Of a DNA stretch of 64,000 bases, positions 42,806 through 57,778 are shown in pieces; position 1 is the stretch's first letter, and each line of letters starts with the position of its first letter. The stretch lies in NCBI RefSeq assembly GCF_009914755.1, contig NC_060926.1; one strand, 5' to 3'. The DNA comes from the human T2T-CHM13v2.0 reference genome, Homo sapiens. Position numbers and translations under genes: made by a program. Under the pieces are notes generated by a model, which saw only the letters and a list, made by a program, of their open reading frames with translations, searched no databases and was not told where the DNA came from.

Positions 42806-43190
42806 TATTTCTTTAACATCTGGTTATTCTCCTGCCCTCTGTGTTCTCAAGCTAAGTAGGTGGGGTCAGCATTCTCCTTGCCCCCCGGTTGTTGCCTGCC
42901 TTTACACGTCCCTGGCTCCTTTGAGACTTCCATGCCTGGCTTTACCATGCTTCCTCCTCTCTCCTGACATTCAGTAGCCTTCTGGCACTCACTGTCATTC
43001 GCTGAAGATTCAGCTCATGGCCACCTTCTCCAGTTCACCTCCTGCTGTGGGTCTCCAGGTGACTTCAGTATCTACCTAGACAGCCCATCCAGTCTCTGGT
43101 AGGGCAGTCCCTTGGCTTTCTCATCTTGCATTTCCTTTAGACATTATATTCTTAGGCCACAAACTCCTGTCCTTCAGTTCACTTTCTTAG

Positions 43191-43518
<328 letters not shown>

Positions 43519-45769
43519 AGAAATGATTCTTCATCAAAAATTGCTATCCATTGGTCTTGCCACTTTCTCTATACCTCAAGCAACCCTACTCTTAATATAC
43601 CAAACTCTTACGGCCCAAGAATAGGGAAGGTAGTTTCTTTAGATAAAAATCAAAATGCCACACCTAGAAGAAAGGTACAAAGATGTTAGGTAGCAAGAAC
43701 AACAGGGGTCCACTACATAATACTTGCACAGTGCATGTTTCTGTTATGATTATTTGCTATTTACTTGTTAAATAAATAATCCTGAATATTTTAATATGAA
43801 TAGCTTCCAAAGAATATATCTCTTCTTAAAAGCCATGTTTAAACATTAGTACATGTTTTATTTAGTGAAATGATATTTTCTAATTGTTCTCCAGGTAGTT
43901 GAGGAAGCTTCCCAGGCTCCTAAGAAGGCAACATGCAACATCAGCAAAAATGATCTGTACCAATCCCTAGTGACCTGTACCAGTCTTATGTAAATTATGA
44001 GTGCTTATAAAGTAATTAAGGTTTGAGTTGTTCAGTCCGTTCTTTTTCTCTGAAGCCTGTCTGTGGTGTCTTTGTAATTGTGAGCCAGCTATTCTCCTGC
44101 CTAGCAGGCTTTAGGGACACCACCTTTCCCATACATGTGTATATTAAAGAAATGTTAGCTCATCTTAATAATAAAGCAAAATGTAATTAGATCTGCTACA
44201 GAAACATCATACTCTGCACTACAAATATAAGTGTAAATAATTTGGAGTAGACACACACCACTGGATAGCTCTATTAGCATCAATAACTAAGAATTGGTTG
44301 TATAAAAATAGCCTTACATAAATGCTTCTCTGTTCTTTGATTTAAATATTTCTGAAATGTTTTACTGCCTGCAACACAATTTATACCCAAGTGTGGGAAA
44401 TGTTTGTTAAATGTCTTGTATTTGGATGTGAAGATGGATGGTAATAGTACTTCACACTCATCTGGATTTGCCTTTGGTTGATTTTCTGATTGTCATGGGT
44501 TTTGTCCATGCCACCTGTATCCTCACCTGGTCTCACTTTTGATCATGATATAATTCGTAGGGTGGCTGACAGTTTGAGTTGTACAACCCACAGACATAAA
44601 CTGGTTTTTTCTTCTGTGGCCTATTTTTTTGTTTGTTCTCAAAATACCATCCCAGCTGAGTTAATAGGCCAAGTCCAAGTATAATCTACTCTGAGACTGA
44701 GCTTGGTTTTTTCCATAGCTTGCTTATTTTGGCCACTGCTGATCTAACTCAAGATACTTTAAAACTCTTGATCAAATTCTAAGGACAGGGCATTTATATT
44801 CTGTCATAATTAACAGTGAACGATTAAAGACATTTATGAATTAGAGCCAAGATTCAATATTTACTAGTGATAAAGGGCAATGTCTTATTTATCACATTAT
44901 TACACTGTGACATTGGCAAGTTTTGAAATAGCTTAAAGATGTCTGCCTTATTTTCTAAATAAGAGGGAAATGGGCTACAAACAAACACATCTCAGTGTGA
45001 TTGTATGTGTGAAAAATATCTTCATATCGGGTAGTTTAGTTTTTAAAGTTCATTCAGTACACTAATGGCTTACAATTTAGTTTAACAGCTCGGTGTGTTG
45101 TAATCAAGAGTGTGAAGAGGCAATCAAATACTTCTCTGAGATTCTGCTCCCCAAAGAATTCCTGGCAAGCCTGTTGCTATGGTGCAGTCTCACCTGGGAC
45201 TTGTTTGGTATCTTTCTCAATTAGATATATTGACAAAAATGAGCTTAAAAACAGAACTCATAGAAAATCCAGAATGGAGAAATACGGATAGATAAATGAA
45301 GCATTGTGGCTCTTTCTCTCTTTTTTTTTTTTTTTTAACTTGTACTTACCAATTCTTGTTTCTGATCCCAGGAGTCTTAAGATATGCCAAAGATACTACT
45401 TTCTCACTGTAACGGATGCTGGATGTCATAGAAGGCACTGTTTATCAGATGAGAAACTGTGAAGATGATCATCTCTAAAACCCTGCAAACTAGATTTTCT
45501 GCACCCACAGCTGCTTCCCTGGAACTTTGGCAGCTGTGATAATTGTTGCAGACCATCCCTGTTTGGTACTGCCATTGTATTTAGATAATGTCAAAGAAAG
45601 GCTTATGAGTCAGTTATTAAATTGAAGGAGATGATCACGTCAGAGTAAAGCCAGGTAGTGAGACCTCTGTTGGATTACTTAGGCTTATATTGTTTTTAAG
45701 AGATTATTATCTTGCCCCCTCCACCTTGAAATCAATTTCATTTCCACACCCTGAAGATCATGGCATGGG

Positions 45770-46070
45770 GCTGAAAGACAGAGTGATAAAGAGCATCAAC
45801 TCTGGAGTCACACCTTCTAACTGCATATCCCTGCCATGTCATCTACTTGGTGTAGCCTTAGACATTCATGATCTACACCTCTAAAATGAGATTAATAGTA
45901 ATATATTCCTCGTGGGGTTATTGTAGAATTTAAATAAAAGATGCCTCTCCCATAGAAATTATTCACTGGGTGTTGGCTATATTCACACTTTTGATATGCA
46001 TAGAAAGCCTTAGTATATAGTATGTGGCTCATTGTATGCACTTAATGAATAATAGCCAGTAATACTATTA
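45770..46070 (+). mobile_element. MIR fragments
   Basis: GATAAAGAGCATCAACTCTGGAGTCA...TAAAATGAGATTAATAGTA; boundaries approximate. Confidence 0.6.
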
Positions 46071-46619
46071 TCATGATACCTTACCTGAGTCTGTGTCAGA
46101 TGTAGACTTACTGAAAACACAGGAGGAAATGTAAGGGAATGGCTAAAATTTGACTTTATCATAAATTGTAGTTGTATGAATGAATGAGCTGGGGTAGTGA
46201 ACCAGAAAACATCAAGTCATTCTATATACTGTCCTGAATTATATACATGCAAGGTTTCTGGGACTAAAGTCATCCTAGCAGCCTTTGCAGTGAAAATGTT
46301 GCTGTTCTTAAATCCAGCTAAGTACATGCTATTTTAAAACACAGTGTTTTTCAAGTGAACTTAATGTGTGCTGCTGAGAAAATGCCAAGTTTTGCCAGAT
46401 CCTGTATTTTTACCTGTTGTTTGATATTTATGTCATTCATAACATAATACTATTAAAATGCTTTGTTTTTATTGTAATGCTTTAGTTCATTTTAAAAGAT
46501 AAGTGTCACAGATGTATAGTAAAGTGATAACTTAGGTTTAGATCCAAGGAGAATGAGAGATGGAACAGGACCTGTTTACGTTTGTGTGTGGAAGGTGATG
46601 GAGCTATCTAAGAGGATGC

Positions 46620-47700
46620 TTGGGTTTGAAGAAGGCAGCTGGTTACAGATTGCTAGAATTTGTGAGAGTAAACTGATGTTCTGCATGTGTGTACCTTGAG
46701 GTGATTGTGGATCATCCCCAAGAAGAGACCCATTAGATAGCTGGACACATGGACTTGGACCTTGGTCAGGAAGATCTAGGTCAAAGTTGTCGATATGAGA
46801 TCCACAACCACATAGTTGTTACTTGAAGCCATGGGAGCAGCAGAGGCATGAAGAACACAGGCCCTAGGGTGATCCTCAGGGAATCTAGTCCCCATTCTTT
46901 CCCCTGTGCACCATATGACCATGGCTCTATCTCCTCTGAATAATAAGTGTTAACAGTTCCTACTTCATAGGCACAATTACAGAGATATCATTGCCTTTCA
47001 ATCAATTTGATTTAAAGGCTTAGAATAACAGGTAGCACATAGTACATGCTTTTAGTACATTTCGGCCGATGCTACTATCACTATTATTATTGAGGGACTC
47101 ACCCAGGGAAAATGTCTAGAGCAAGTAGAAAACTGGAAAAAGCAGTATTTACAAGAGGTGGGGAAGGAACAGGATTCTATGAAGGAGACAGTATAGCCAG
47201 AGGAGGCAGGGTGGGCAAAAAATAGAAGGTGATATCTGTGAAGCCAAAGGAAGGATGAATGTCAGGGAGGAAGTCATCAGTGATTTTGAAGGATGCAGAA
47301 AGGTCAGGGTAGATAGATGGAGAACAGAAAAGTGCCTTTTGGATGTAGCCACCAAGAAATGGTTAGTAACCTTGGAGAGAACAGTTGGTACAGAGTTTAG
47401 AGCAGCAGCCAGATGACAGAGTTGAAGAGAAAATGAGACCTGAATAAGTGGAGAGCCCTTGAAATAAGTGTGTCTGGAAAGGGAAACAGGAACTGTCTGA
47501 AGTAAAGGACTGGGGAATTGGGGTGCTGTCAAGAGAGTGATGCGATGGTCAGGCTGAATATGGAAATACATAAAGAGGAGAAGGTGAAGGTGTCATGGGT
47601 ACAGGGAGTGGGTACTATTGCAGGCTGTGGAAGTTCTGAGTAGTTTAGGAGGTCCCCAAGCAAAATGAGTAAGGGAGGATCAGGGTCAGTGCTTCAGTAG
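46620..47700 (-). mobile_element. L2 fragment with nested MIR (~46900-47090)
   Basis: Purine-rich TTGAAGCCATGGGAG, GAAGCCAAAGGAAGGA, GTAACCTTGGAGAGAACAGTT motifs; boundaries approximate. Confidence 0.65.
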
Positions 47701-48626
47701 AAGGTTTCCCTTTGGAAACCACGGTGCCTCCTGAGTGAATGGGAGGACTTTGGAAAAAGCTGGCCACAGCTACATTGGTGGTACTTCAGAGAAAAGTCTC
47801 ACCTGGTATGTAGGATGTTGGGTTAGTTTTTTCTCTTCATCTTTTGTGGGAAACCGCAGACTCTCATGAATGGAAGGCCTTGTCTGTTTTTAGATTTCAG
47901 GCTCCAGTGTGAGTTGTAAGGATCCTAGGATATTTCTTGTGAAGAGCAAAAATTGCCCAGTGAAGTATTGATTCCTTTATGGTTCCTGGCCCTGTTCACA
48001 GATCCACTTTTCTCGCCACTAGTCCCAAGAGAATTGGGATCAACCCATAGCTTGCTCTGTGGTGATCCTTTCTACAGCCCCTTTAATTCACTTTGCTGAT
48101 GAATTCAGAAGGTTGTGGGTCTCGGTGGTAGACTGTGTTGTCCTTTCTTTCCAAAGGGACCCAGTCTTCTAACCCTGTTAACACACATGCCTGAGGGAGG
48201 CAGGCAGGCACTGTCCCAGGCATTAAGGTTGATGATATCCCTGGGGAAGGTATGGGCCAGTGTGCTGGCCTCTGCTTACAGGAGCCTCAAGCCCTACGCA
48301 GGAACCCTGACCTAGCCTGGCACTCTGCGGAGGACTTACACCAAGCATTCAGTTTAGAGATGGCATTCTCTTGCAATTGCGGCTTCCTGCTTCTGGAAGG
48401 ACAGAAGACAGTTATGGAAGTAAGCTTGATCTTTTCCTGTGTATTAACTGGAGGTAGGGAATTGTTACCATGAAAACTGCCCAGAGTACCTTCAGAAAAC
48501 AAGGGCAGAGTTTTTTTTGTTTTTTAGTGTTTTCATAAAATAGACAAAGGAAAGGAATTTCTTAAAAGAGTAATATGATGGGAAATACTGAATTAAGACT
48601 TTGGGTTGCTTTAAATCAGTATCTGA

Positions 48627-49025
<399 letters not shown>

Positions 49026-49529
49026 TAAGGGTTGTAAGAGTGCCTAATTTGTGTAAATTTCTTGCTTTGAAATTAAATAAATAGAGCATTATGGCTGTAG
49101 CAAAAAGGAACCACTATTTTTCTCACTCATTTGTCATGAGTGGTGCTTCAGCCACTACTTCCTTCTTGTGATTTTATGTAAAAAAAAAATGGATCTTCTG
49201 TATATGAAGTTTAAGAGGAAAGAACAAAAAATGACATTGAGAACAAAAAAGGGTTATTGAGAACAGAATATGATCAGAAGATAAAAGAGGTAAATTATTA
49301 ACTAAGTGTCATGATAACATTGTACAATGCTAAGAGCTTAGTAAAAATGGAATCCAAGGCATCTGTCTATGGCAGAAATTACTTAATTTTTTTTTCTCTA
49401 CTTAGGAAATGAAAATATATTTCCAAATTTTTGGCAAGTGAACCTCTTAGGAAAGAACGTGGTATATTAAAAAAATAAAAATTTATATTTTACTTTATCA
49501 TGCCTAACTCTTTAAAAAATAGCTCACAG

Positions 49530-49710
49530 CATTTAGCATTTTGTTCATGTACTTCACACCCAACTCCTCTGATGTGGTTGTTACTCCCATTTTACAAGTG
49601 ATTAAACTGGGGTTTACAGATGTTTAAGTGACTTGTCTAATATTATATAGCTAGTAAGTGACAGAGCCTAGCGTCAGATCCAAGTTGATACCAAAATCCT
49701 ATAATCCTTC
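49530..49710 (-). mobile_element. MIR
   Basis: CCCATTTTACAAGTGATTAAACTGGGG...TTAAGTGACTTGTCTAA...GCTAGTAAGTGACAGAGCC. Confidence 0.75.
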
Positions 49711-49758
49711 CATATTTGTTCTAATCTTTGTCAAATCGTATGCCTTTAAAGAGGCTTA

Positions 49759-50106
49759 CAAGTTGTTAAACTACAGGACAGGTGGCCTACCGGCTGAATC
49801 TGGCCCTCGCCTGTTTTTTATAGCCTGCAAGCTAAGAATGTTTTATACAATTTTTAATGGTTAAAAAATAATCAAAGGCAGAATATTTGATGACGCCTGA
49901 AAATTAGATGAAATCAAATTTCAGTTTCCATATATATTATAAAATCTTACTGGAACACAGGCACACTCGTCATTTATGTTTATGGCTGCTTTTGCACTCC
50001 CAGGTCAAAGGTGAGTAGTTGTGACACAGACCTGTGCTATGGTCCACAAAGCCTAAAATATTTACTGTGTATCTGGCCTTTTCTAGAAAAAGTTTGCCAA
50101 CTGCTG
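49759..50106 (+). mobile_element. MER58B-like hAT-Charlie MITE
   Basis: GCAAGCTAAGAATG, ACAAAGCCTAAAATATTTACT, AGAAAAAGTTTGCCAACTGCTG terminus. Confidence 0.8.
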
Positions 50107-50591
50107 CTCTAGGATATTAGAACAAAAATCTGTGATAAGAAGTTTTGTATGGGGCCCGAAAGCTTGTTAAAGCTCTCACACACCTTAGGTCTTTTGATCA
50201 TTTCAGCAGCCAGCAATGCAGATGGTGTTGCCTTGTTGAACCAATGGGGAATGGATGCCAAGCCCTGTGGTCTCATCAGCACCATGCAGTTTGTTTATGT
50301 TCACTGACTTTCTAGGTGCCTACTTTTATTTGGCATCTTAAAACAGGGATTTGTTTTGACCCTTCAGCTTGAATGTTTTAATCCAATTCCCTGACTTCCT
50401 TGAAGAGAAACTTCATATCTAATTTAGACCACCTCTGCTCTGTGGCCCCAGGCCGACTTCCCAGGTTACATGAGTGCTCGTCGCACTTTGTTATGATTGT
50501 GGAGCGCAGGCACTGGTGTTGCCTCTGCTTTTCCCTCTTTCTCTCTACCCATCGCAGTGTTTAAACAAATGAATGTATAATCAAGTCAGTC

Positions 50592-50788
50592 TTTTTTTTT
50601 TTTTAATTTAAGTTCTAGGGTACATGTGCACAACATGCTGGTTTGTTACATAGGTATACATGTGACATGTTGGTTTGCTGCATCCATCAACATTAGGTAT
50701 TTCTCCCAATGCCATCCCTCCCCACAGCCCCCCACCCCCCGACAGGCCCCGGTGTGTGATGCTCCCCGCCCTGTGTCCAAGTGTTCTC
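50592..50788 (-). mobile_element. 5'-truncated L1PA7-like 3'UTR (197 bp) with TSD
   Basis: T-tract, GGGTACATGTGCACAAC...GACAGGCCCCGGTGTGTGATG; TSD ATAATCAAGTCAGTC at 50577-50591 and 50789-50803. Confidence 0.92.
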
Positions 50789-51054
50789 ATAATCAAGTCA
50801 GTCGTTTAAATTACAGAAGAAAAAGTCATAGAACTGTTTTCATCCTGGGAGATAAGGCCTTTCACTATTGAATTTTGTGAAAGTTAGTAGTTTCTTGATG
50901 GGAAAAGAAGCCAGGAGAGGAGAAAATAGAAATATGAATTTTAAGATATGTTTTGTTGCAGAATTTGGCTTAAGTTTTGTATAGACTTTTGGGACTTTAA
51001 AAAAATACATAAAAATAACCCAAGTTGTTTTTAATGACAAGTTGTTTCTATTGG

Positions 51055-51452
51055 CAGTCCATTGACAGATGAATGGATAAACAAAATGTGGCATATATAT
51101 TGCGATGGAATATTTATCCTTAAAAAGGAAGTAAATTCTGTAAACCTTGAGGACATTATGCTAAGTGAAATAATGCCAATCACAAAAAGACAAATAGTAT
51201 ATACATAATTTCATTTATACAAGGTGCCTAGAGTAGTCGAATTCATAGAGACAGAAAGCACAGTGGTGGTTGCCAGAGGCTGGGTAGAAGAGGTAACTGG
51301 GAGTTGTTTTTTCAGTTTGGGATGATGAAAAAGTTCTGGAGATGGATGATGGTGATGGTTGCACAACAATGTGAATATACTTAAAGCCCTGTACAATTAA
51401 AAATGGTTAAAGTGTTACATTTTGTTAGCATATATTTTGTCACAGTAAAAAT
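51055..51452 (+). mobile_element. L1MB 3' end
   Basis: GATGAATGGATAAACAAAATGTGG, GAGGACATTATGCTAAGTGAAATAA, AAAGTTCTGGAGATGGATGATGGTGATGGTTGCACAACAATGTGAAT. Confidence 0.88.
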
Positions 51453-52049
51453 ATATACATACATCATCACCTGTTTAAAATATCATGTCTACTTTGAATA
51501 CCTAATCAAAATTATGTATTACAAAAGAATGATTACTCTTTCAAACTATTTGTTTATCAAATGAAAAATTTACTATGTGATACATGGTATCGAAGTGATT
51601 CAGCCCTAACATGATTCAAAATTTAAAGTTAATTGGGTCCTCTTGCGTGTTTTATTTTCAAAGCATATTTATATAAAATTTTTAAGAATGATTAGGTAGA
51701 TATAAGATTACGGTTGATTATCAGTTGCTCTTTCCTTCCTTACTGATTAGCAATTTATGGAAGAAATTAATTAAAACCGTAGAGTAAGCCAAAAAGCATC
51801 TTTCTAAAGATACCAGTTCTTTATTAAATCCTGTGGAGTTTCCAGAGAAATACATACAGTAGAATCTATTAAAGCAAACAGTTCATTTTACAGCATATAT
51901 ATTTAAGATGTTATATATTTCATGCCCTTCATGAAAATTAATTCTTAAAACATTTTCTTTGATAGGTCAGAATTGGAACATTTAACTATTAGTAAAAATT
52001 GGGATTGTAGTGTGGTTTTACGTACGCAAACAACTCTTACTCTATTTTA

Positions 52050-53700
52050 TTTACAAAAATTAATAACAAAAATAAATGCCCAAGGTAGAGGGAATTAAAT
52101 ACTCAGAAGTATAAAATGAAAAGTAAGCCACCCTACAGGCATCCAGTCCCATTTCCCAAAGGTTAAAACTTCCTCTAAAGTTAAGTTTTTTGAGTATACA
52201 TCAAGAAAAAATTTATTTCTGCATATTCTAGCATAGATGTCTTTTTAAAAACAACTGCCTGGCTTTATTTTCCTGCATAATCTTTCTTAAACATATTCTG
52301 TATCAGCACATTTGGATTTACTTCAATCCTTTCTAGCAATTGCATGGAATCCTATTATGTAGATGTATATATATATTTAGCTATTCCCATTTTGATGATT
52401 ATTGGGTTGTTTCCAGTTTTATTTGGTTGGTTGGTTTTGTGTACTTTTCCAAGTATATCACAACCTCAGCATTGGAACTAATGGGACAACAGGTAGGTAT
52501 GTAATATTTACCTTTTTTTTGGTATTGTTAAATTGCCCCACCAAGAGTTTGTACTAGTGTACATTCCTGCTACACCATTTCTTCATAGCATCACCAATGC
52601 TGTGTACTTTCGAATCTGATGTGTTGTTTCCAATTGTTAGAATAGGCCATAATAGGTTATTGGAATATTATTGAACACTGTTAGCATACTTTAATGGCTT
52701 CAGAAAAGCAAAAATATCAGTTGTCCACTCAATCAGAATACCACGTTCGAGGAATTGACAGTTTCCTCAGCAGGTTTGTCCTGGTACATGCAAATAATAC
52801 TTCGTGTCTTTTCTTTTCTTTCTGCTTAATTTTCTGAATTCAATTTTAATTACAGAAATTGTGTTGTAACAAGTGATACAATTAAAAGAGATAATATAAA
52901 AGTGTAAATAATTGTAAATATAAAATAATATAATAATGTAATATAAAAGTATAAATAGATTGGTCACCCTTCTGAGGTGACCAATCATACTGATCTGCTG
53001 TGTCTCATTCACAGTTGTGTCTGTGTTCAAACAAACCTATGTAGGCTTTGGGTTTTTAAATTTTGTTGTGTTTTACTCAGTTCTTCAGTTGACTTTTTAA
53101 CATAATCATATATAATGGTCCTTCTGAAGCAACAGATAAGAGTCCAACTCATTCTTTTGAATAAGGATATAGTATGCTGTAGAATGGAGATGCCATCGTT
53201 TGTTACAATATTACTATGTGGATGGACATTCAAATTGTTTCAAATGATGCTGCAATTACTGTTTAATATATACCATTGCTTTTATTTCTGTAGACTAGAT
53301 TTCCAAGTGGGGATGGCAGGGCATGAGGAATATGGCTTTTTAATTTTAATAGGTATTACCAGATTGTTTCCTCAAAGTGTTATAGCAGATCCCACTCCCA
53401 TGAACAGTACGTGTAAGTGCCCATTTCCCCCCAGTTCCTCACCAGCCCTGGCTGTTAACCGCTTTTTTAAATGTTTGCCAGTATGATGAAAAATGACATC
53501 TCATTGTTATTTGATTTTCTTTTTCCTTACTAATGAAAGTGAGCAATGTGTGCATGTGTGTGTATAGTTTGAGGTGGTAATCTAGCTTTGTTTTCTCTAC
53601 TTAACAACAGCAGTACTTTTCCCATTGAATGAAATTTCCCCTTTGTCATTAGTTAAGTTCCCATGTATACTTGCATCTGGCTCTTTAATTCTTATTTAAT
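52050..53700 (-). mobile_element. Old L1ME-like fragments (discontinuous)
   Basis: TTGGGTTGTTTCCAGTTTT, GATGGACATTCAAATTGTTTC, AAATGTTTGCCAGTATGATGAAAAATGACATCTCATTGTT; boundaries approximate. Confidence 0.6.
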
Positions 53701-53814
53701 TGCAGGGTTTTATTTGATTTGAGAAGAATGTTTTGAAGTAATAAAGTCAATTACAGTTCTAAATATAACCTTTAGCAACAGAAAATGACATAACCTTAAT
53801 TTTTCAGCTTCCTA

Positions 53815-54015
53815 TAATGGAAAGAGCAAGAATTTAGAATTTCAGTCCAACTCTTCACTTACTAATTCGTGTGACCTTGGGCAAGTCATTTACTTTGCCC
53901 CTCCCATTTTAGGATTGCTCAATTCAAAACTGTGTTGCTTTTTAAGGATTAGAGAAAATATAAATAGAGTGCCCGACCCACAGATGGCATTCATTCAGTA
54001 CTGCCCGATATTATT
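53815..54015 (+). mobile_element. MIR
   Basis: CACTTACTAATTCGTGTGACCTTGGGCAAGTCATTTAC core. Confidence 0.75.
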
Positions 54016-56788
54016 ATTTTTGTTATGACTTAAAAGGAAAGTTAGACATTTGATATTAAATTGTGCCCATTCCAAACATAAGCAAATATATTTCTTCATA
54101 AGGGAGGATGTATTTTATGCAAGAGAAAAAGAATTCTCAATATGGCAATTTAAAGATTCTTTTGGTCAAATAAATTAGTCTGAACAACGTATATATTCAA
54201 ATCTGGAACTTCTTTTTCTTCTTCTTTTTTCCTTTTTTTTTTTTTTTTTTCCTTTTCTGCCCTATAGATCTAACACAAGTAAGAAGTAACATTACTTGTC
54301 TGCTCTTTTTTTGGTAAACAGGGAGTATGCAGATATTCAATAAGGGTAACGAAAAATAAAATTGCTTTTATATATAGGTGGAAGGAGCCAAATGTTAGGG
54401 AGAAAGCAGGAGAGTCGGAGAAAAACAGGGACATCAAATATGGAAGCACAAGGAACAGAGCACTTGTGGACCCAAAGACTGAAATCAGGGCTTTATTCTG
54501 GATGTGTATGCACTGAGGTTGGACGTAGCCTGTAGCTAGATGTGCCTGAGCTCTCCTACAGCTTTAATATTCCTTATAGGTTAGATATGGCTTATGGTTA
54601 TCAGTAATACATTGATCTTTCTTAACCTTCTTTCCGAAGAAGCCCACGATAATTTCTGGAAGTTTAGAAAGGAGTGATGATATTATTGAAACCATACAGA
54701 TAACATGAAAAAAGTTAAGACAAAAATTTTGAACACTTGTACCTCTTGAGCCAGCTACCCAGCATTCCCAAGGAACCATTTAATTGACTAGGGCATAACT
54801 AATAAATATGTTTTCTAATTCTAGTACCCCTGCCACCCACACACACATTAAGCCACAGAATATCTGCGGACAATTGTAAAAGTAAACCTAGTATAGTCTT
54901 AAGAAAAAAATCTTCCTGTGTTAGGTGGTATTTGTTTTCATTCTCATTAGATTTCATTAACTTGCTAGCCAAACCTTAAATTAGTAATTTTTAAAATAAG
55001 TCTCCTATTCTGTAGTGCAATTTATTACATCTACTGAGGAATAGAAGGTTAAGTTTATTTAGCCTTGTTGTTTCTCTTATCATTTTTATATTTTTTACTG
55101 TGTTTTCATTAACTAGTCTACGTAGAGGAAGGAGAAAATTGGTCATTTATTCTTTTAGTTTTCCATTTCAGCAAATAATGATTTATGCGGACTATTATCA
55201 TATACTGTGTAGTCAATTAACCCCCAAATAAGCATCTAACATTAGGTGATATGCATCATTGGTCTTAATAATTTTGAAATATATATATATAAAACCCAAA
55301 TTGTTCATGTTAAGTCATTACTAGTTTTTGTAATTTCTTAAGGTTTAAAGTAATAGCTAATCAAATATTCAAGGCATTACATTTTAAAGAAAATCTCACC
55401 GTGTTTTTGATATTAATTCTACCAAATAACTACCTTGTTGGAAAATGATAGCAATGGTTGTCATTGACAACTACAGCTTACACTCCTCCAACTATCCATT
55501 TTCCTTGTGATACCTCTTTTCCTCAATATTTATTTGACTACTAAGGCTTTCCCAAATGTAAGGAATTTTAAACATAAATTAATAAAACCTCAACTACAAG
55601 ACTGAACTAGAATTATTTATATCTACAAACACACACACACACAGCACACATATCTATACATCCTATCTATACATTCTACATTTTAGGAGAAAAAGTAAAT
55701 GAAAATAAATGCCATTCCCAGTTCAACAATTAAATGTCAGTAGTCTGTTCAATGAGTTTTCAAAAGTGGCATGCTAAGGCTGGAAACTCCTGGTTTTTTG
55801 ATATGCAGGACGTGATGTCTGAGAGATCAAGATGTCAGGGAGGAAGGGGAGGCTGTAATAAGGGAGTAAATCATAAAATCACCCTGAATTACTTACCAGA
55901 GTTTTCTGGGTTTGTTGTTGTTGTTGTTTTTGCAAAGAGCTGGAGAGATACTAAGATGAGTGAAATATAGATTCCACTCTTCTTTAAGAGGAGTCCTGTT
56001 TAGTAAATTGAGAAGATGTCACAGAACACTATACCCTAGGGCTGGATAAAGAACTGTAGGTGTTTATGGGAGAGTGTTTCAAGTGGATGGAACAAATGAG
56101 GAAAAGCCTTGAGTGGTGTGTATAGGAAGCCATAAATAATTCTGTGTAGGTGCATGAAGGGAAGTGATAGGAGACCACAAAAAGATATTTGGGGGCCAGA
56201 CTATACAGAAGGTCTTAAAACAAGGCTGAGTTGGCTTTTTATAAGTAGTTTTATGGGTTGGGTTGGGTAGAGCGTGGTGCGCAGTGGTTAACCCATGGGG
56301 TTAGGACAGATTGAGATGATTTCAAATCTTGGTTTTGAGTGACCATAGGCAAGTCAGTTCTCTATGAAATGAGGCTGACTCTGACTCCCTCACAGGCTGA
56401 TTATGTGGAGTTCATGAAGAAATACTTGGCACTTAGCGTAGAGCCTGGAGCCCAGTAAACCTTTTGTAAAACATAGAGATTATTGGTGAGTAGTATTGAA
56501 CGTTGGCAAACATATCAGGAAAAAATGTAAGCAGTGGAAGCAGGACCCCACACCACCATGGCAGGGAGAAGACTTAATGAGTTTTTGCAGTAGTCTAAAT
56601 TAATGTGAACCTGAAGGAATAGTGAGGAAGGAAATGGATTCAGCCTATGCTAAAGATGTGAACTGACAGAATTTGGGAAATCACTTAATGTGCAAGGAAT
56701 GGGATAAGAGAAAGGGAGGAAATGACAAAAGGATGAGGACACTTACAGTTTGAGCCTGAATGAAAGAGGGATGGTGGTTCCATTAGCA

Positions 56789-57245
<457 letters not shown>

Positions 57246-57503
57246 GTGCAGAAATAGACAACACAGTAGGTGGGGAAGTATGGGAGAGGAGAGAGGTGTG
57301 TCTGGGTAAGGCCATGGTTTACCCATCATTTAGGTGTAGCTACATAGCAGACCACTGAAAATTCAATTAGAGATAGTGAATTTGGACATTGCCACTGTAC
57401 ATGGACCCGTGTGATGGTCATATTGTCAAGTGAGAGGCTGAAGAGCCAAGGGCAAGTTACTCAGTGAGTCACTGTTGAGTAGACAGTCTTTTAAGAAGCC
57501 ATC

Positions 57504-57778
57504 GGTTCACACCTGTAATCCCAGCACTTTGGGAGGCTGAGGCAGGTGGATCACCTGAGGTCTGGAGTTCACAACCAGCCTGGCCAACATAGTGAAACCC
57601 CATCTCTACTAAAAATAAAAAATTAGCCAGGCTTGGTGGCACATACCTGTAATCCCAACTACTCAGGAGGCTGAGGCACAATAATCGCTTGAACCCCGGA
57701 GGCAGAGGTTGCAGTGAGCCAAGATCATGCCACTACACTCCAGCCTGGGCGACAGAGTGAGAATCTTTCTCCAAAAAA
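57504..57778 (+). mobile_element. AluSx-like, slightly 5'-truncated, with TSD
   Basis: Begins GGTTCACACCTGTAATCCC; TSD AAGCCATC at 57496-57503 and 57779-57786. Confidence 0.95.

Noticed and set aside
47149-47571. 140-aa minus-strand ORF (also 42009-42395)
   Set aside because: Lie in decayed L2 and MLT1-internal sequence; compositionally biased, no intact domain
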